Origin: Candidatus Spyradenecus sp.
Lineage (GTDB): Bacteria; Verrucomicrobiota; Kiritimatiellia; RFP12; DVOR01
Length of the DNA: 45,198 nt
Direction: 5' to 3'
Assembly: GCA_051891975.1 (NCBI GenBank)
Contig: JBJFFT010000017.1
Coordinates: forward strand, 1-45,198
The notes under the pieces are model-generated. The model was not told where the DNA came from and ran no database searches. It saw nothing but the letters and a program-made list of their open reading frames with translations. Shown here piece by piece: positions 6,855-16,773 of this stretch. Numbering within the stretch: the first letter of the stretch is position 1; every line of letters starts with the position of its first letter. A program made the translations under genes and the position numbers.

Positions 6855-7904
6855 TTAGGCGCCGAGGTCAGCAAGGGCGGCAAGGAGGGCATCGGTCTGC
6901 GCCTCGGTGCCAATGGTTATCCGCAGGAAGCGGCCGGTCTTGCCGCCGGGGAAGTAGCGGACATAGAGGTGGCGCGCGCGCAGCGCCTCGAAGAGCGCGG
7001 CGGCCTCGGCCGGCGGCGGGGGCGCGGCAAAGAGGAAGTTGGTGGCCGAGGGCATCACCTGCCAACCGCGCGCGGTCAGCGCCTCGGCCAGCCGAGCGCG
7101 CGTGCGCAGGATCTTCTCCACATTCGCGCGCATAGCGGGCAGGTCCTGGAGGGCGGCCAGGCCGATCGCCTGCGTCACGCGGTCCATATTGTAGGAGTCC
7201 TTAATCTTGTAGAGCGCCTCGATGAGCGGCTTTGGGCCGACGCAGTAGCCAAAGCGGATGCCCGCCAGCGAGAAGCTCTTGGAGAGGGTGCGCATCACCA
7301 GGGTGTTGGTGTTCTCGGGCGCGGTGGCCAGGGCCATGCAGTTGCGCGGGGCGAAGTCGGCATAGGCCTCATCCACCAGCAACACGCCCTGGAAGCGCTT
7401 GGCAAAGGCCGCCACCGCCTCCGGCTCGGCCAGACGCGAGGTGGGCGCATTCGGGTTGGTCCAGACGAAGACATCTGCCCAGTCGCTGGGCACCTCCGGG
7501 CAGGTGAAGTCCTCATTCAGCGGCAAGGGCTTGGGCTGCGCGTCGCGGATGGCCGTTAGCACCGAGTAGAGCGAGTAGGTGGGCTCGAAGTAGCCCACCG
7601 TGCCGCCCACCTCCACGAAGGCCCGCGTAAAGAGCGCCAACACTTCGTCCGACCCATTCCCCACAAAGACCTGCTCGGGGCTGCACCCGTGGATCTGCGC
7701 AATCTGCTCGCGCGCCGCGTGGCACACCGGGTCCGGATAGAGCCGCAGGGCCTGCCAATCGACCCCGGCCAACGCTTCGCCCACCTTCGGGCTCGGCGGA
7801 TAGGGATTCTCGTTGGTATTCAGCTTCACCATCCCCGGGAAGTTCGGTTGCTCACCCGGAACATACCCGGCCAACGCCTCAATGTGTTTGCAAATCAAGC
7901 TCAT
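6855..7904 (-). CDS. hisC: histidinol-phosphate aminotransferase
   Basis: MSLICKHIEALAGYVPGEQP..KLNTNENPYPPSP..RTLSKSFSLAGIRFGY (PLP-lysine motif). The upstream part of the track ORF (to 8135) is repeat DNA. Confidence 0.9.
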   Translation of the reverse strand: MSLICKHIEALAGYVPGEQPNFPGMVKLNTNENPYPPSPKVGEALAGVDWQALRLYPDPVCHAAREQIAQIHGCSPEQVFVGNGSDEVLALFTRAFVEVGGTVGYFEPTYSLYSVLTAIRDAQPKPLPLNEDFTCPEVPSDWADVFVWTNPNAPTSRLAEPEAVAAFAKRFQGVLLVDEAYADFAPRNCMALATAPENTNTLVMRTLSKSFSLAGIRFGYCVGPKPLIEALYKIKDSYNMDRVTQAIGLAALQDLPAMRANVEKILRTRARLAEALTARGWQVMPSATNFLFAAPPPPAEAAALFEALRARHLYVRYFPGGKTGRFLRITIGTEAQTDALLAALADLGA

Positions 7905-7911
7905 AGCCCGC

Positions 7912-7925
7912 ATTATAGCACAAGC
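7912..7925 (-). promoter_or_regulatory. extended -10 promoter motif GCTTGTGCTATAAT, 7 nt from the hisC start codon
   Basis: The reverse strand reads GGCGCgcaGCGCC GCGCTTGTGCTATAAT GCGGGCT ATG. Confidence 0.5.
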
Positions 7926-8140
7926 GCGCGGCGCTGCGCGCCGCACGCGCGAGGGTGGCCCTGCGGGCCGTGAGGGGGCTCGCTGCGCTCGCGTGAGGAT
8001 GCTCGCTACGCTCGCGTGAGGGGGCGGGCTGCGCCCGCGTGAGGTGCCGCTTCGCGGCGTGAAAGCGCTCGCTACGCTCGCGTGAAGGGGCCCTTCGGGC
8101 CGTGAGAACGAAAGACGCTTAGCTTCGGCCCGCACCTCAT
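7925..8140 (-). repeat. H-array (reads CCTCAC-hairpin toward hisC)
   Basis: The plus strand shows repeated ..CGCGTGAGG.. linkers separating GCCGCttcGCGGC, GGCCCttcGGGCC, GCGGGctgcGCCCGC and GCTCGCTACGCTCGC units. Confidence 0.8.
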
Positions 8141-8176
8141 AGCCCCCACACCCTAAAAAGGCCGCCTGATACCCTC

Positions 8177-8213
8177 AAAAAGGTAGGGCCTACCTCGAGG
8201 TGAGGTAGGCCCT
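8177..8213 (-). terminator. hairpin + T5 (minus strand), part of an inverted copy of the terminator module
   Basis: The plus strand reads AAAAA GGT AGGGCCTACCTC gaggt GAGGTAGGCCCT. No minus-strand gene lies immediately upstream of it, so its function here is unclear. Confidence 0.35.
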
Positions 8214-8279
8214 AGGTCGAGGTGAGGTAGGGCCTAGGTCGAGGTGAGGTAGGGCCTAGGTCGAGGTGAGGTAGGGCCC
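8182..8279 (+). repeat. T-array: 22-bp tandem repeat, about 4 units (GAGGTGAGGTAGGGCCTAGGTC)
   Basis: Four near-identical units read directly from the sequence. Confidence 0.85.
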
Positions 8280-8357
8280 ATCGCGTGCGCGGGCACGTGC
8301 GCGTACGCGCGTAACGCTCGCGCGCAGTCTTCTATGGGAGGGCGAGAAGCCCTGGCC

Positions 8358-8429
8358 GCCCGTTCTGACGGGCCGCGTCCTCGCGGCCCAAGTGAATGGC
8401 CGCCGGGGACGGCGGCCGTCAGAACGGGC
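8358..8429. repeat. compound palindrome: 14-bp outer stem enclosing two GC hairpins
   Basis: GCCCGTTCTGACGG (8358-8371) pairs with CCGTCAGAACGGGC (8416-8429). Inner hairpins are GGCCGCGtcctCGCGGCC and GGCCGCCggggacGGCGGCC. Half copies occur at 14381-14413, 37374-37404 and 39162-39192. Confidence 0.75.
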
Positions 8430-8439
8430 AACCAGGGGG

Positions 8440-8600
8440 GAAAGCGCGGGCCGAGGGCCCGCACCTTCACGGCGGCGCAGCCACCACCTCTCGCGCCGGA
8501 GGCGCCCCTCACGCGAGCGCAGCGAGCACCTCTCGGCCCGCAGGGCCACCCTCACGGCGGCGCAGCCGCCCCCTCACGCGAGCCTCGCTCGCTTATGCTA
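8440..8600 (+). repeat. H-array (reads CCTCAC-hairpin toward dsbD)
   Basis: ..CACCTTCAC GGCGGcgcaGCCACC ACCTCTC GCGCCggaGGCGC CCCTCAC GCGAGCGCAGCGAGC ACCTCTC GGCCCgcaGGGCC ACCCTCAC GGCGGcgcaGCCGCC CCCTCAC.., ending at the promoter motif. Confidence 0.85.
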
Positions 8601-8604
8601 TACT
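8591..8604 (+). promoter_or_regulatory. extended -10 promoter motif GCTTATGCTATACT upstream of dsbD
   Basis: TGC + TATACT (8599-8604), 53 nt before ATG 8658. Confidence 0.45.
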
Positions 8605-8657
8605 GCCGGCCACAAGAGCGATGGGCGCTCTGGTTTGGATAGGCAAAGGATTGGTTT

Positions 8658-10175
8658 ATGCGATTGGCGTGGTTGAAGCGTGCGATGGTTGGGGCGTTGG
8701 TGGCGTTAGCTGGGGGCGTATGGGGGTATGGGCGCGCGGGCGATCCCTTCTATCCGGAGGTGAGCTATGCCGAGGGGAAGGTGCAGGTGAGCTTCTTCTG
8801 CGCGCAGGCCGATCAGCACCTTTACGACGATATGCTCAGCTGCTCGCTGGGCGAGGCGGCGGTCAAGCCGTCGCAGGAGACGCGCGATGAGGATGGCCGG
8901 GTGATCTATGAGGGGATGGCGGACTTTGCGTGGGAGGCCGCGCCGGGGACCACCTTTACCCTCTCCTATCAGGGCTGCGACGCCGAGCAGTGCCACATGC
9001 CCCAGGAGCTGACCTTTACCGTGACGGCGGAGGGTCAGGTGGTGGAGGGCAAGCCGGAGGTGCCGGCGGCGGCCGCTCCGGAGGCACCGTCGAGCGCGGA
9101 GAAGGCGCGGAGCCTGAGCGGCTTTGTGGAAGCGCCGGCCTTTGTGGCCTTCCTGCGCGGCGAGGCGGCGGCTGCGGCGGGGGAGGACTCTGCCGCGGCG
9201 GGTTTCTTGGCCGACCCCAAGGCGTGGGTGGCGGCGAATGGGGTCTGGCTACTGATCGCAGTGGTCTTCCTGGGGGGCCTGGCGCTGAACCTGACGCCGT
9301 GCGTGCTGCCGATGATGCCGATTAACCTGGCGATTATCGGCGCGGGGGCGGCGGGCGGGAGCCGCTTGCGCGGGGCGCTGCGCGGCGGGGCGTATGGGCT
9401 GGGGATTGCCTTGGCCTACGGCGTGCTGGCGCTGATCCCGGTGCTGACGGGGGCGGCCTTCGGGGCGATCCAAGCGGCGTGGTGGTTCAATGCGGCGATT
9501 GCGGCGGTCTTCGTGGCGCTGGCGTTGGCGCTCTTCGACGTCTTTATGATTGACTTTACGCGCTTTGCGGGGGCCGGGAGCGGGAAGCAGGGGGCCGTGG
9601 CGGCCTTCGTGGCCGGGGCGGTGAGCGCGGTCTTGGCCGGCGCGTGCGTGGCGCCGGTGCTGATTGCGGTGCTGCTGCTGACGGCGGACTCCGTGGCCAG
9701 CGGCGCATATTGGGCGCTGTGCCTGCCCTTTGTGTTGGGCTTGGGGATGGCCGCGCCGTGGCCGATTGCCGGGGCGGGGCTCTCCTTCCTGCCCAAGCCG
9801 GGGGCGTGGATGGTGTGGGTGAAGAAGGTCTTTGGCGTGGTGGTGCTGCTCTTTGCCGCGCACTATGGGTGGACGGCGGTCAAGGGGCTGATGCCGAGCG
9901 AGGGGTTGAACGGGAGCGACCTGCCGGCCATCGAAGCGGCCATCGCTCAGGCCCACGCCGAGGGCAAGCCCGTGTTGCTCGACTTCTGGGGACCGGCCTG
10001 CAAGGCCTGCGAGGAGATGGAGGCCAAAACCCTCCCCGAGGCTACCGTCCAGGCCGAGCTCAAGCGCTTTGCCTTCCTCAAAGTGCGCATGGACCTGGCC
10101 GACAAGGCCATCGCCCCGGCGCAGAAGCGCTTCGCCATTCAGGGCCTGCCCACCTACATCGTCATCGAGCCCTGA
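8658..10175 (+). CDS. dsbD: thiol:disulfide interchange protein DsbD-like (N-terminal domain + CcdA/DsbD membrane core + C-terminal thioredoxin)
   Basis: Membrane core motif LNLTPCVLPMMPINLAII, multiple TM helices, and a C-terminal thioredoxin fold with the CxxC motif LLDFWGPACKACEEME. Confidence 0.8.
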   Translation: MRLAWLKRAMVGALVALAGGVWGYGRAGDPFYPEVSYAEGKVQVSFFCAQADQHLYDDMLSCSLGEAAVKPSQETRDEDGRVIYEGMADFAWEAAPGTTFTLSYQGCDAEQCHMPQELTFTVTAEGQVVEGKPEVPAAAAPEAPSSAEKARSLSGFVEAPAFVAFLRGEAAAAAGEDSAAAGFLADPKAWVAANGVWLLIAVVFLGGLALNLTPCVLPMMPINLAIIGAGAAGGSRLRGALRGGAYGLGIALAYGVLALIPVLTGAAFGAIQAAWWFNAAIAAVFVALALALFDVFMIDFTRFAGAGSGKQGAVAAFVAGAVSAVLAGACVAPVLIAVLLLTADSVASGAYWALCLPFVLGLGMAAPWPIAGAGLSFLPKPGAWMVWVKKVFGVVVLLFAAHYGWTAVKGLMPSEGLNGSDLPAIEAAIAQAHAEGKPVLLDFWGPACKACEEMEAKTLPEATVQAELKRFAFLKVRMDLADKAIAPAQKRFAIQGLPTYIVIEP

Positions 10176-10192
10176 GGTGTCCGCCGCGCGCA

Positions 10193-10206
10193 GCTTGTGC
10201 TATACT
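10193..10206 (+). promoter_or_regulatory. extended -10 promoter motif GCTTGTGCTATACT upstream of grpE
   Basis: TGC + TATACT (10201-10206), a leader of about 28 nt containing AGAGGA, then ATG 10235. Confidence 0.45.
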
Positions 10207-10234
10207 ACGCGCTTCCAGAAAAGAGGATTGACCG

Positions 10235-10843
10235 ATGATGACAGCTGAAGAACCCGAAGTGAAGCCCGAGACCGCCCCCGAGGTCGCCCCCGAAGGCGCG
10301 CCCGAAACCCCTGTCCAGCCCGAGGCCGCCGAAACGCCGGCCGAAGAGACCGCGCCGGCCGAGCCCGAGAACCCGCTCGCGGCCGAGCTTGCCGCCGCCA
10401 AGGAGCGCTACCTGCGCCTCCTGGCCGATATGGACAATATGCGCAAGCGCCAGACCCGCGAACTCGAGGAGCGCACCGCCCGTGCCAACGAGCGGCTGTT
10501 GACCGCCCTCCTGCCGGTCTTCGACCACTTTGAGATGGCCCTGGCCGCCGCCCCCGAGGGTGACGCCTTCGCCCAGGGCGTGCAGATGATCGCCGGCGAG
10601 TTCCGCAAGGTGCTCGAGAACTCCGGGGCCGAGATGATCGACGCGCCCGAGGGGACCGCTTTCGACCCGATGGCCCACGAGGCGCTCACCACCGCCCCGC
10701 ACGAGACCATTGCGCAGGGCAACGTGGTCAGCCAGTTCCGCAAGGGTTGGAAGCTGGGCGGCAAAGTGGTGCGCCCGGCGCAGGTGATTGTCTCGGCCGG
10801 TGCGCCCGCCGCGCCCGCCCAGGCCCCGAGCGAGGAGGCGTAA
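10235..10843 (+). CDS. grpE: nucleotide exchange factor GrpE
   Basis: Acidic N-terminus, then the GrpE core [43 protein letters not shown]. Immediately followed by dnaJ. Confidence 0.9.
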   Translation: MMTAEEPEVKPETAPEVAPEGAPETPVQPEAAETPAEETAPAEPENPLAAELAAAKERYLRLLADMDNMRKRQTRELEERTARANERLLTALLPVFDHFEMALAAAPEGDAFAQGVQMIAGEFRKVLENSGAEMIDAPEGTAFDPMAHEALTTAPHETIAQGNVVSQFRKGWKLGGKVVRPAQVIVSAGAPAAPAQAPSEEA

Positions 10844-10847
10844 GGCT

Positions 10848-13407
<2,560 letters not shown>

Positions 13408-13489
13408 CCGCGCCCGGCGATGGCGGAGGGACCTTCAGCTTGCCCGTCGCGGAACGCGGCCTGTCGACTGTCGACTGACGACTGTCGAC
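13408..13489. repeat. E-element copy 2 (half element: core + one CTGTCGA heptamer arm)
   Basis: ..CTTGCCCGTCGCGGAACGCGGC followed by CTGTCGACTGTCGACTGACGACTGTCGAC. Its reverse complement aligns with the left arm plus core of 3271-3393. Confidence 0.7.
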
Positions 13490-14181
13490 TTCTCCAACGC
13501 CTGCAAAACCTCCTCGCCCAGCGCGGCGTAGCCTCGCGGCGAGGCGCGGCCGAGCTCATCCGCGCCGGGCGCGTCACCGTGGAAGGCACCGTCATCACCG
13601 AACCCGGTGCGCGCGTCGACCCCGCCGCCGCCCTCGCCCTCGACGGCCGCCCCATCCGCCCGCAGGCCGAGCCCCACCACACCTTCCTCTACTACAAACC
13701 CGTCGGCGAAGTCTGCTCCACCGACGGCCAAGGCGCCCCCACCGCGCTCGACCGCTTCCGCTCCCTCGGCCTGCGCCTGGTGTGCGTCGGCCGCCTCGAC
13801 AAAGAGAGCGAAGGGCTCCTCTTGATCTCCAACGACGGCGCGCTCATCCAGCGCCTCACCCACCCCCGCTTCGCCCACCGCAAGGTCTACGAAGTGACCG
13901 TCACCCCCGCGCCCACCCCCGAGCAACTCCGCCGCCTACGCGCGCCGATGACCCTCGAAGGCTACCGCATCCGCCCGGTCCAAGTCGACCCCCTCTCCCC
14001 AGACACCCTCCGCTTCACCCTCACCGAAGGCCGCCACCGCCAAATCCGCCTGATGTGCGAACAAGCGCACCTGCGCGTCCGCCGCCTCAAACGCGTGGCC
14101 CTCGCCTCCCTCACCCTCGGCCCTCTCCGCCCCGGCACCTACCGCCCCCTCACCCCCGCCGAACTCGCGCGCCTCGCGTAA
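13420..14181 (+). CDS. RsuA/RluB-family pseudouridine synthase (S4 domain + catalytic domain)
   Basis: S4 domain LQRLQNLLAQRGVASRRGAAELIRAGRVTVEG. Catalytic motif VGRLDKESEGLLLISNDG, and GRHRQIR. ATG 13420 is the only ATG/GTG start upstream of the S4 domain, and it lies inside repeat element 13408-13489. Confidence 0.8.
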   Translation: MAEGPSACPSRNAACRLSTDDCRLLQRLQNLLAQRGVASRRGAAELIRAGRVTVEGTVITEPGARVDPAAALALDGRPIRPQAEPHHTFLYYKPVGEVCSTDGQGAPTALDRFRSLGLRLVCVGRLDKESEGLLLISNDGALIQRLTHPRFAHRKVYEVTVTPAPTPEQLRRLRAPMTLEGYRIRPVQVDPLSPDTLRFTLTEGRHRQIRLMCEQAHLRVRRLKRVALASLTLGPLRPGTYRPLTPAELARLA

Positions 14182-14248
14182 TAAGCCCCCTCCCCAAAAG
14201 GGCCCGCACCTACCCCAAATCGACCTAGGGCCTACCTCGCCTCGACCT

Positions 14249-14285
14249 AGGGCCTACCTCGGGTCGAGGTAGGCCCTACCTTTTT
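14249..14285 (+). terminator. intrinsic terminator (13-bp stem + T5) after the pseudouridine synthase gene
   Basis: AGGGCCTACCTCG ggt CGAGGTAGGCCCT ACC TTTTT. Built from inverted T-array units and followed by the conserved tail GAGGGTATCGCGCGGGCCC..TTAGGGCCTGCCGGCTGGGGG. Confidence 0.75.
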
Positions 14286-14339
14286 GAGGGTATCGCGCGG
14301 GCCCGTTTAGGGCCTGCCGGCTGGGGGTGTGGGCAGAAG

Positions 14340-14590
14340 GTGGTGAGCGGTGCGGGCTTTCGCCCGCGTGAGGTGGGCCGCGGGGACGCGGCCCGTCAGG
14401 ACGGGCAACACAAAACGCTGAATGGGGCGAGCACCCTCGCGGCCCGAAGGGCCACCCTCACGCCGCGCAGCGGCACTTCACGCGCCGAAGGCGCACCTCT
14501 CGGCGGCATAGCCGCCACCCTCACGCCGCGTAGCGGCACTTCACGCGCCGAAGGCGCACCTCACGCGAGCGAAGCGAGCACGGCGAGCGC
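14340..14590 (+). repeat. H-array (longest clean example) abutting the rfb promoter
   Basis: 14433-14580 reads ACCCTCGC GGCCCgaaGGGCC / ACCCTCAC GCCGCgcaGCGGC / ACTTCAC GCGCCgaaGGCGC / ACCTCTC GGCGGcataGCCGCC / ACCCTCAC GCCGCgtaGCGGC / ACTTCAC GCGCCgaaGGCGC / ACCTCAC GCGAGCGAAGCGAGC. Confidence 0.9.
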
Positions 14591-14620
14591 TTGACAGGGA
14601 ATAGGCAGCGGTGGTATTTT
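14591..14620 (+). promoter_or_regulatory. sigma70-like promoter of the CDP-sugar operon
   Basis: TTGACA (14591-14596), 18-nt spacer, TGG-TATTTT (-10 at 14615-14620). About 315 nt of leader precede ATG 14936. Confidence 0.55.
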
Positions 14621-14935
14621 GTGGGCATTCGATTGGGGCGGAAGACCTGCGAGGGCTCCCCGCCGCCGCTCGGATGCCATATTGTTTTGTTGCGTCACGC
14701 AACCTTTCGTTCAGAAGGAACTACCACAATTCCAAGGCACGAACGAACGGTCTGCGGAGCGCGCTGGGTCTATGCCCGGCGTGTTTCCCGTACCTGTTTT
14801 CGTGCACGGCTGTGGTAGGCCTCTTCTGGAAACACGACGCGGAGACACGCCTTTATTGTCTCTGCGCCCGAAGAGAAGGGTGGCCTCTGTTGCAACGCGG
14901 TTTGAGAACGCTTCCAGAGGAAGGGTGCGCAGCAG

Positions 14936-15712
14936 ATGAAGGTCGTGATATTGGCCGGTGGCAAAGGGACGCGGATTAGCGAGGAGTCGCGCGCGCGGCC
15001 CAAGCCGATGATTGAGATTGGCGGGATGCCGATCCTCTGGCACATTATGAAGGGCTACGCGCACTACGGCCACCGGGACTTCATCATCTGCGCGGGCTAC
15101 AAGCAGCAGGTCATCAAGGATTGGTTCGCGAGCTACTTCCTGCACAGCAGCGATGTCACCTTCGATTGGACCGGCGGGCGCAATGAGTTGACGGTGCACC
15201 ATCACGCGTGCGAGCCGTGGCGGGTGACGGTGGTGGATACGGGCTTGGAGACGATGACCGGCGGGCGCATCAAGCGCATTGAGCCCTATGTTGCGGGCGA
15301 AAGCTTCCTGATGACCTACGGCGATGGGGTCTGTGATGTGGACCTGGCCGCGCTGGTGGACTTCCACCGCGCCCACGGGAAGATTGCCACCCTAACGGCG
15401 GTGGTGCCCGAGCAGCAGAAGGGCTTTTTGGACATCGGCGAGAACAACTCGGTGCGCGCCTTCCGCGAAAAGTCGTCGGCCGACGCTGCGCCGATCAACG
15501 CGGGCTTTATGGTGCTCAATCCGGGGATTTTCGACTACCTCGATGGCGACGGGTGCATCTTCGAGCGCGCGCCGCTGGAGCGATTGGCCGCGGCGGGAGA
15601 ACTGAAGAGCTACGTCCACCGGGGCTTTTGGCAGTGTATGGATAACATCCGCGAGCACGCGCTCCTGGAGAAGCTCTACGCCGAAGGGAGGGCGCCGTGG
15701 AAGGTGTGGTGA
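14936..15712 (+). CDS. rfbF: glucose-1-phosphate cytidylyltransferase
   Basis: MKVVILAGGKGTRISEESRARPKPMIEIGGMPILWHIMKGYAHYGHRDFIICAGYKQQVIKDWF is the canonical RfbF/DdhA N-terminus. Length 258 aa. Confidence 0.9.
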   Translation: MKVVILAGGKGTRISEESRARPKPMIEIGGMPILWHIMKGYAHYGHRDFIICAGYKQQVIKDWFASYFLHSSDVTFDWTGGRNELTVHHHACEPWRVTVVDTGLETMTGGRIKRIEPYVAGESFLMTYGDGVCDVDLAALVDFHRAHGKIATLTAVVPEQQKGFLDIGENNSVRAFREKSSADAAPINAGFMVLNPGIFDYLDGDGCIFERAPLERLAAAGELKSYVHRGFWQCMDNIREHALLEKLYAEGRAPWKVW

Positions 15713-16773
15713 AGCGTGCAGGGGCGGCCTACGCCGCTCGGCGGGTGTTGGTGACCGGGCACACGGGCTTCAAGGGCTCGTGGCTCTGCGAGTGGCTGCT
15801 TGCGCTAGGCGCGCAGGTGCACGGTCTGGCCCTGCCGCCGCCGACCGAGCCGGCGCTCTTTGAGCAGTTGCAGCTGGCCGGGCGCCTGGCCTCGCACACC
15901 CTCGGGGATATTCGCGACCTAGCGTGCGTTCGCGAGGTGGTTGCGCGCGTGCAGCCTGAGTTCGTCTTCCACCTGGCGGCCCAGCCGCTGGTGCGCCTTT
16001 CCTACGCGCAGCCGGTGGAGACCTTTGCCACCAACGTGATGGGCACGGTGCACGTCCTGGAAGCCTGCCGCGCACTGCGGGGCAAATGCTCGCTCGTCTG
16101 CATTACCACCGACAAGTGCTACGAGAACCGCGAGACCGCCCGCGCCTATCGCGAGGATGATCCGATGGGTGGCTACGACCCCTACAGCTGCTCAAAGGGT
16201 TGCGACGAGCTGGTCATCTCCAGCTATCGCCGCTCCTTCTTCGGCACGCCCGAGAGCCCGGTGTGGGTGGCCTCGGCGCGCGCGGGGAATGTCATTGGCG
16301 GGGGCGACTGGGCGGCCGACCGGTTGGTGCCCGACTGTATGCGCGCCCTGGCCGCGGGCCAGCCCATCCCGGTGCGCAACCGCTTCTCCACGCGCCCCTG
16401 GCAGCACGTCCTCGAGCCCCTGGGCGGCTACCTCACCCTCGGCGCGGCCCTGGACGCGCGGCAGGACTTCGCCGTGGCCTCCGGCTTCAACTTCGGGCCC
16501 GACCCCGCCGCCAACCGTTCGGTGCAGGAGCTCGTCGTGGAGCTGCTCAAGCACGCGCGCGGCCGTTGGGTGGACCGCACCGAGCCCAACGCCCCACACG
16601 AGGCCGGGCTGCTCAATCTCGACATCGCCAAGGCCCGCGAGCTGCTCGGTTGGCGCCCGCGCTGGGGCTTTGCGCAGACCATCGCCGCCACCGCCGCCTG
16701 GTACCAAGCCGTCCACCAAGGCGCCGACCCCCGATCCCTCACCCAAGCTCAATTGAAGGAGTTTATCGCATGA
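15697..16773 (+). CDS. rfbG: CDP-glucose 4,6-dehydratase
   Basis: VLVTGHTGFKGSWL Rossmann motif, TDKCYEN, and PYSCSKGCDELV (YxxxK). Length 358 aa. Overlaps rfbF by 16 nt and rfbH by ATGA. Confidence 0.88.
   Translation: MEGVVKRAGAAYAARRVLVTGHTGFKGSWLCEWLLALGAQVHGLALPPPTEPALFEQLQLAGRLASHTLGDIRDLACVREVVARVQPEFVFHLAAQPLVRLSYAQPVETFATNVMGTVHVLEACRALRGKCSLVCITTDKCYENRETARAYREDDPMGGYDPYSCSKGCDELVISSYRRSFFGTPESPVWVASARAGNVIGGGDWAADRLVPDCMRALAAGQPIPVRNRFSTRPWQHVLEPLGGYLTLGAALDARQDFAVASGFNFGPDPAANRSVQELVVELLKHARGRWVDRTEPNAPHEAGLLNLDIAKARELLGWRPRWGFAQTIAATAAWYQAVHQGADPRSLTQAQLKEFIA

Noticed and set aside
8182-8279. Tandem 22-bp arrays and 21-nt hairpin arrays considered as possible CRISPR arrays
   Set aside because: The units are contiguous with no unique spacers, the period is far below repeat+spacer length, and no cas genes are in the window.
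8396-8890. ORFs running through repeat arrays (also 8234-8555 minus, 14340-14594, 38743-39381 minus) that give periodic peptides
   Set aside because: The periodic peptides simply mirror the 20-22-nt DNA repeats. Several frames are open at once, and there is no start context.
14600-14615. GGCAGCGGTGG in the rfb leader considered as an ops/JUMPstart element
   Set aside because: It does not match GGCGGTAG and overlaps the promoter spacer rather than the transcribed leader.
16200-16769. N-terminal 190-codon extension of the rfbH ORF in the track (and likewise 20781-21635 for the GtrA-like ORF, 11791-12051 for purB, 10788-10847 for dnaJ)
   Set aside because: The extensions overlap the preceding genes in another frame and are Arg/Pro-rich. 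The conserved N-termini begin at internal ATGs that form ATGA overlaps or follow SD sites.
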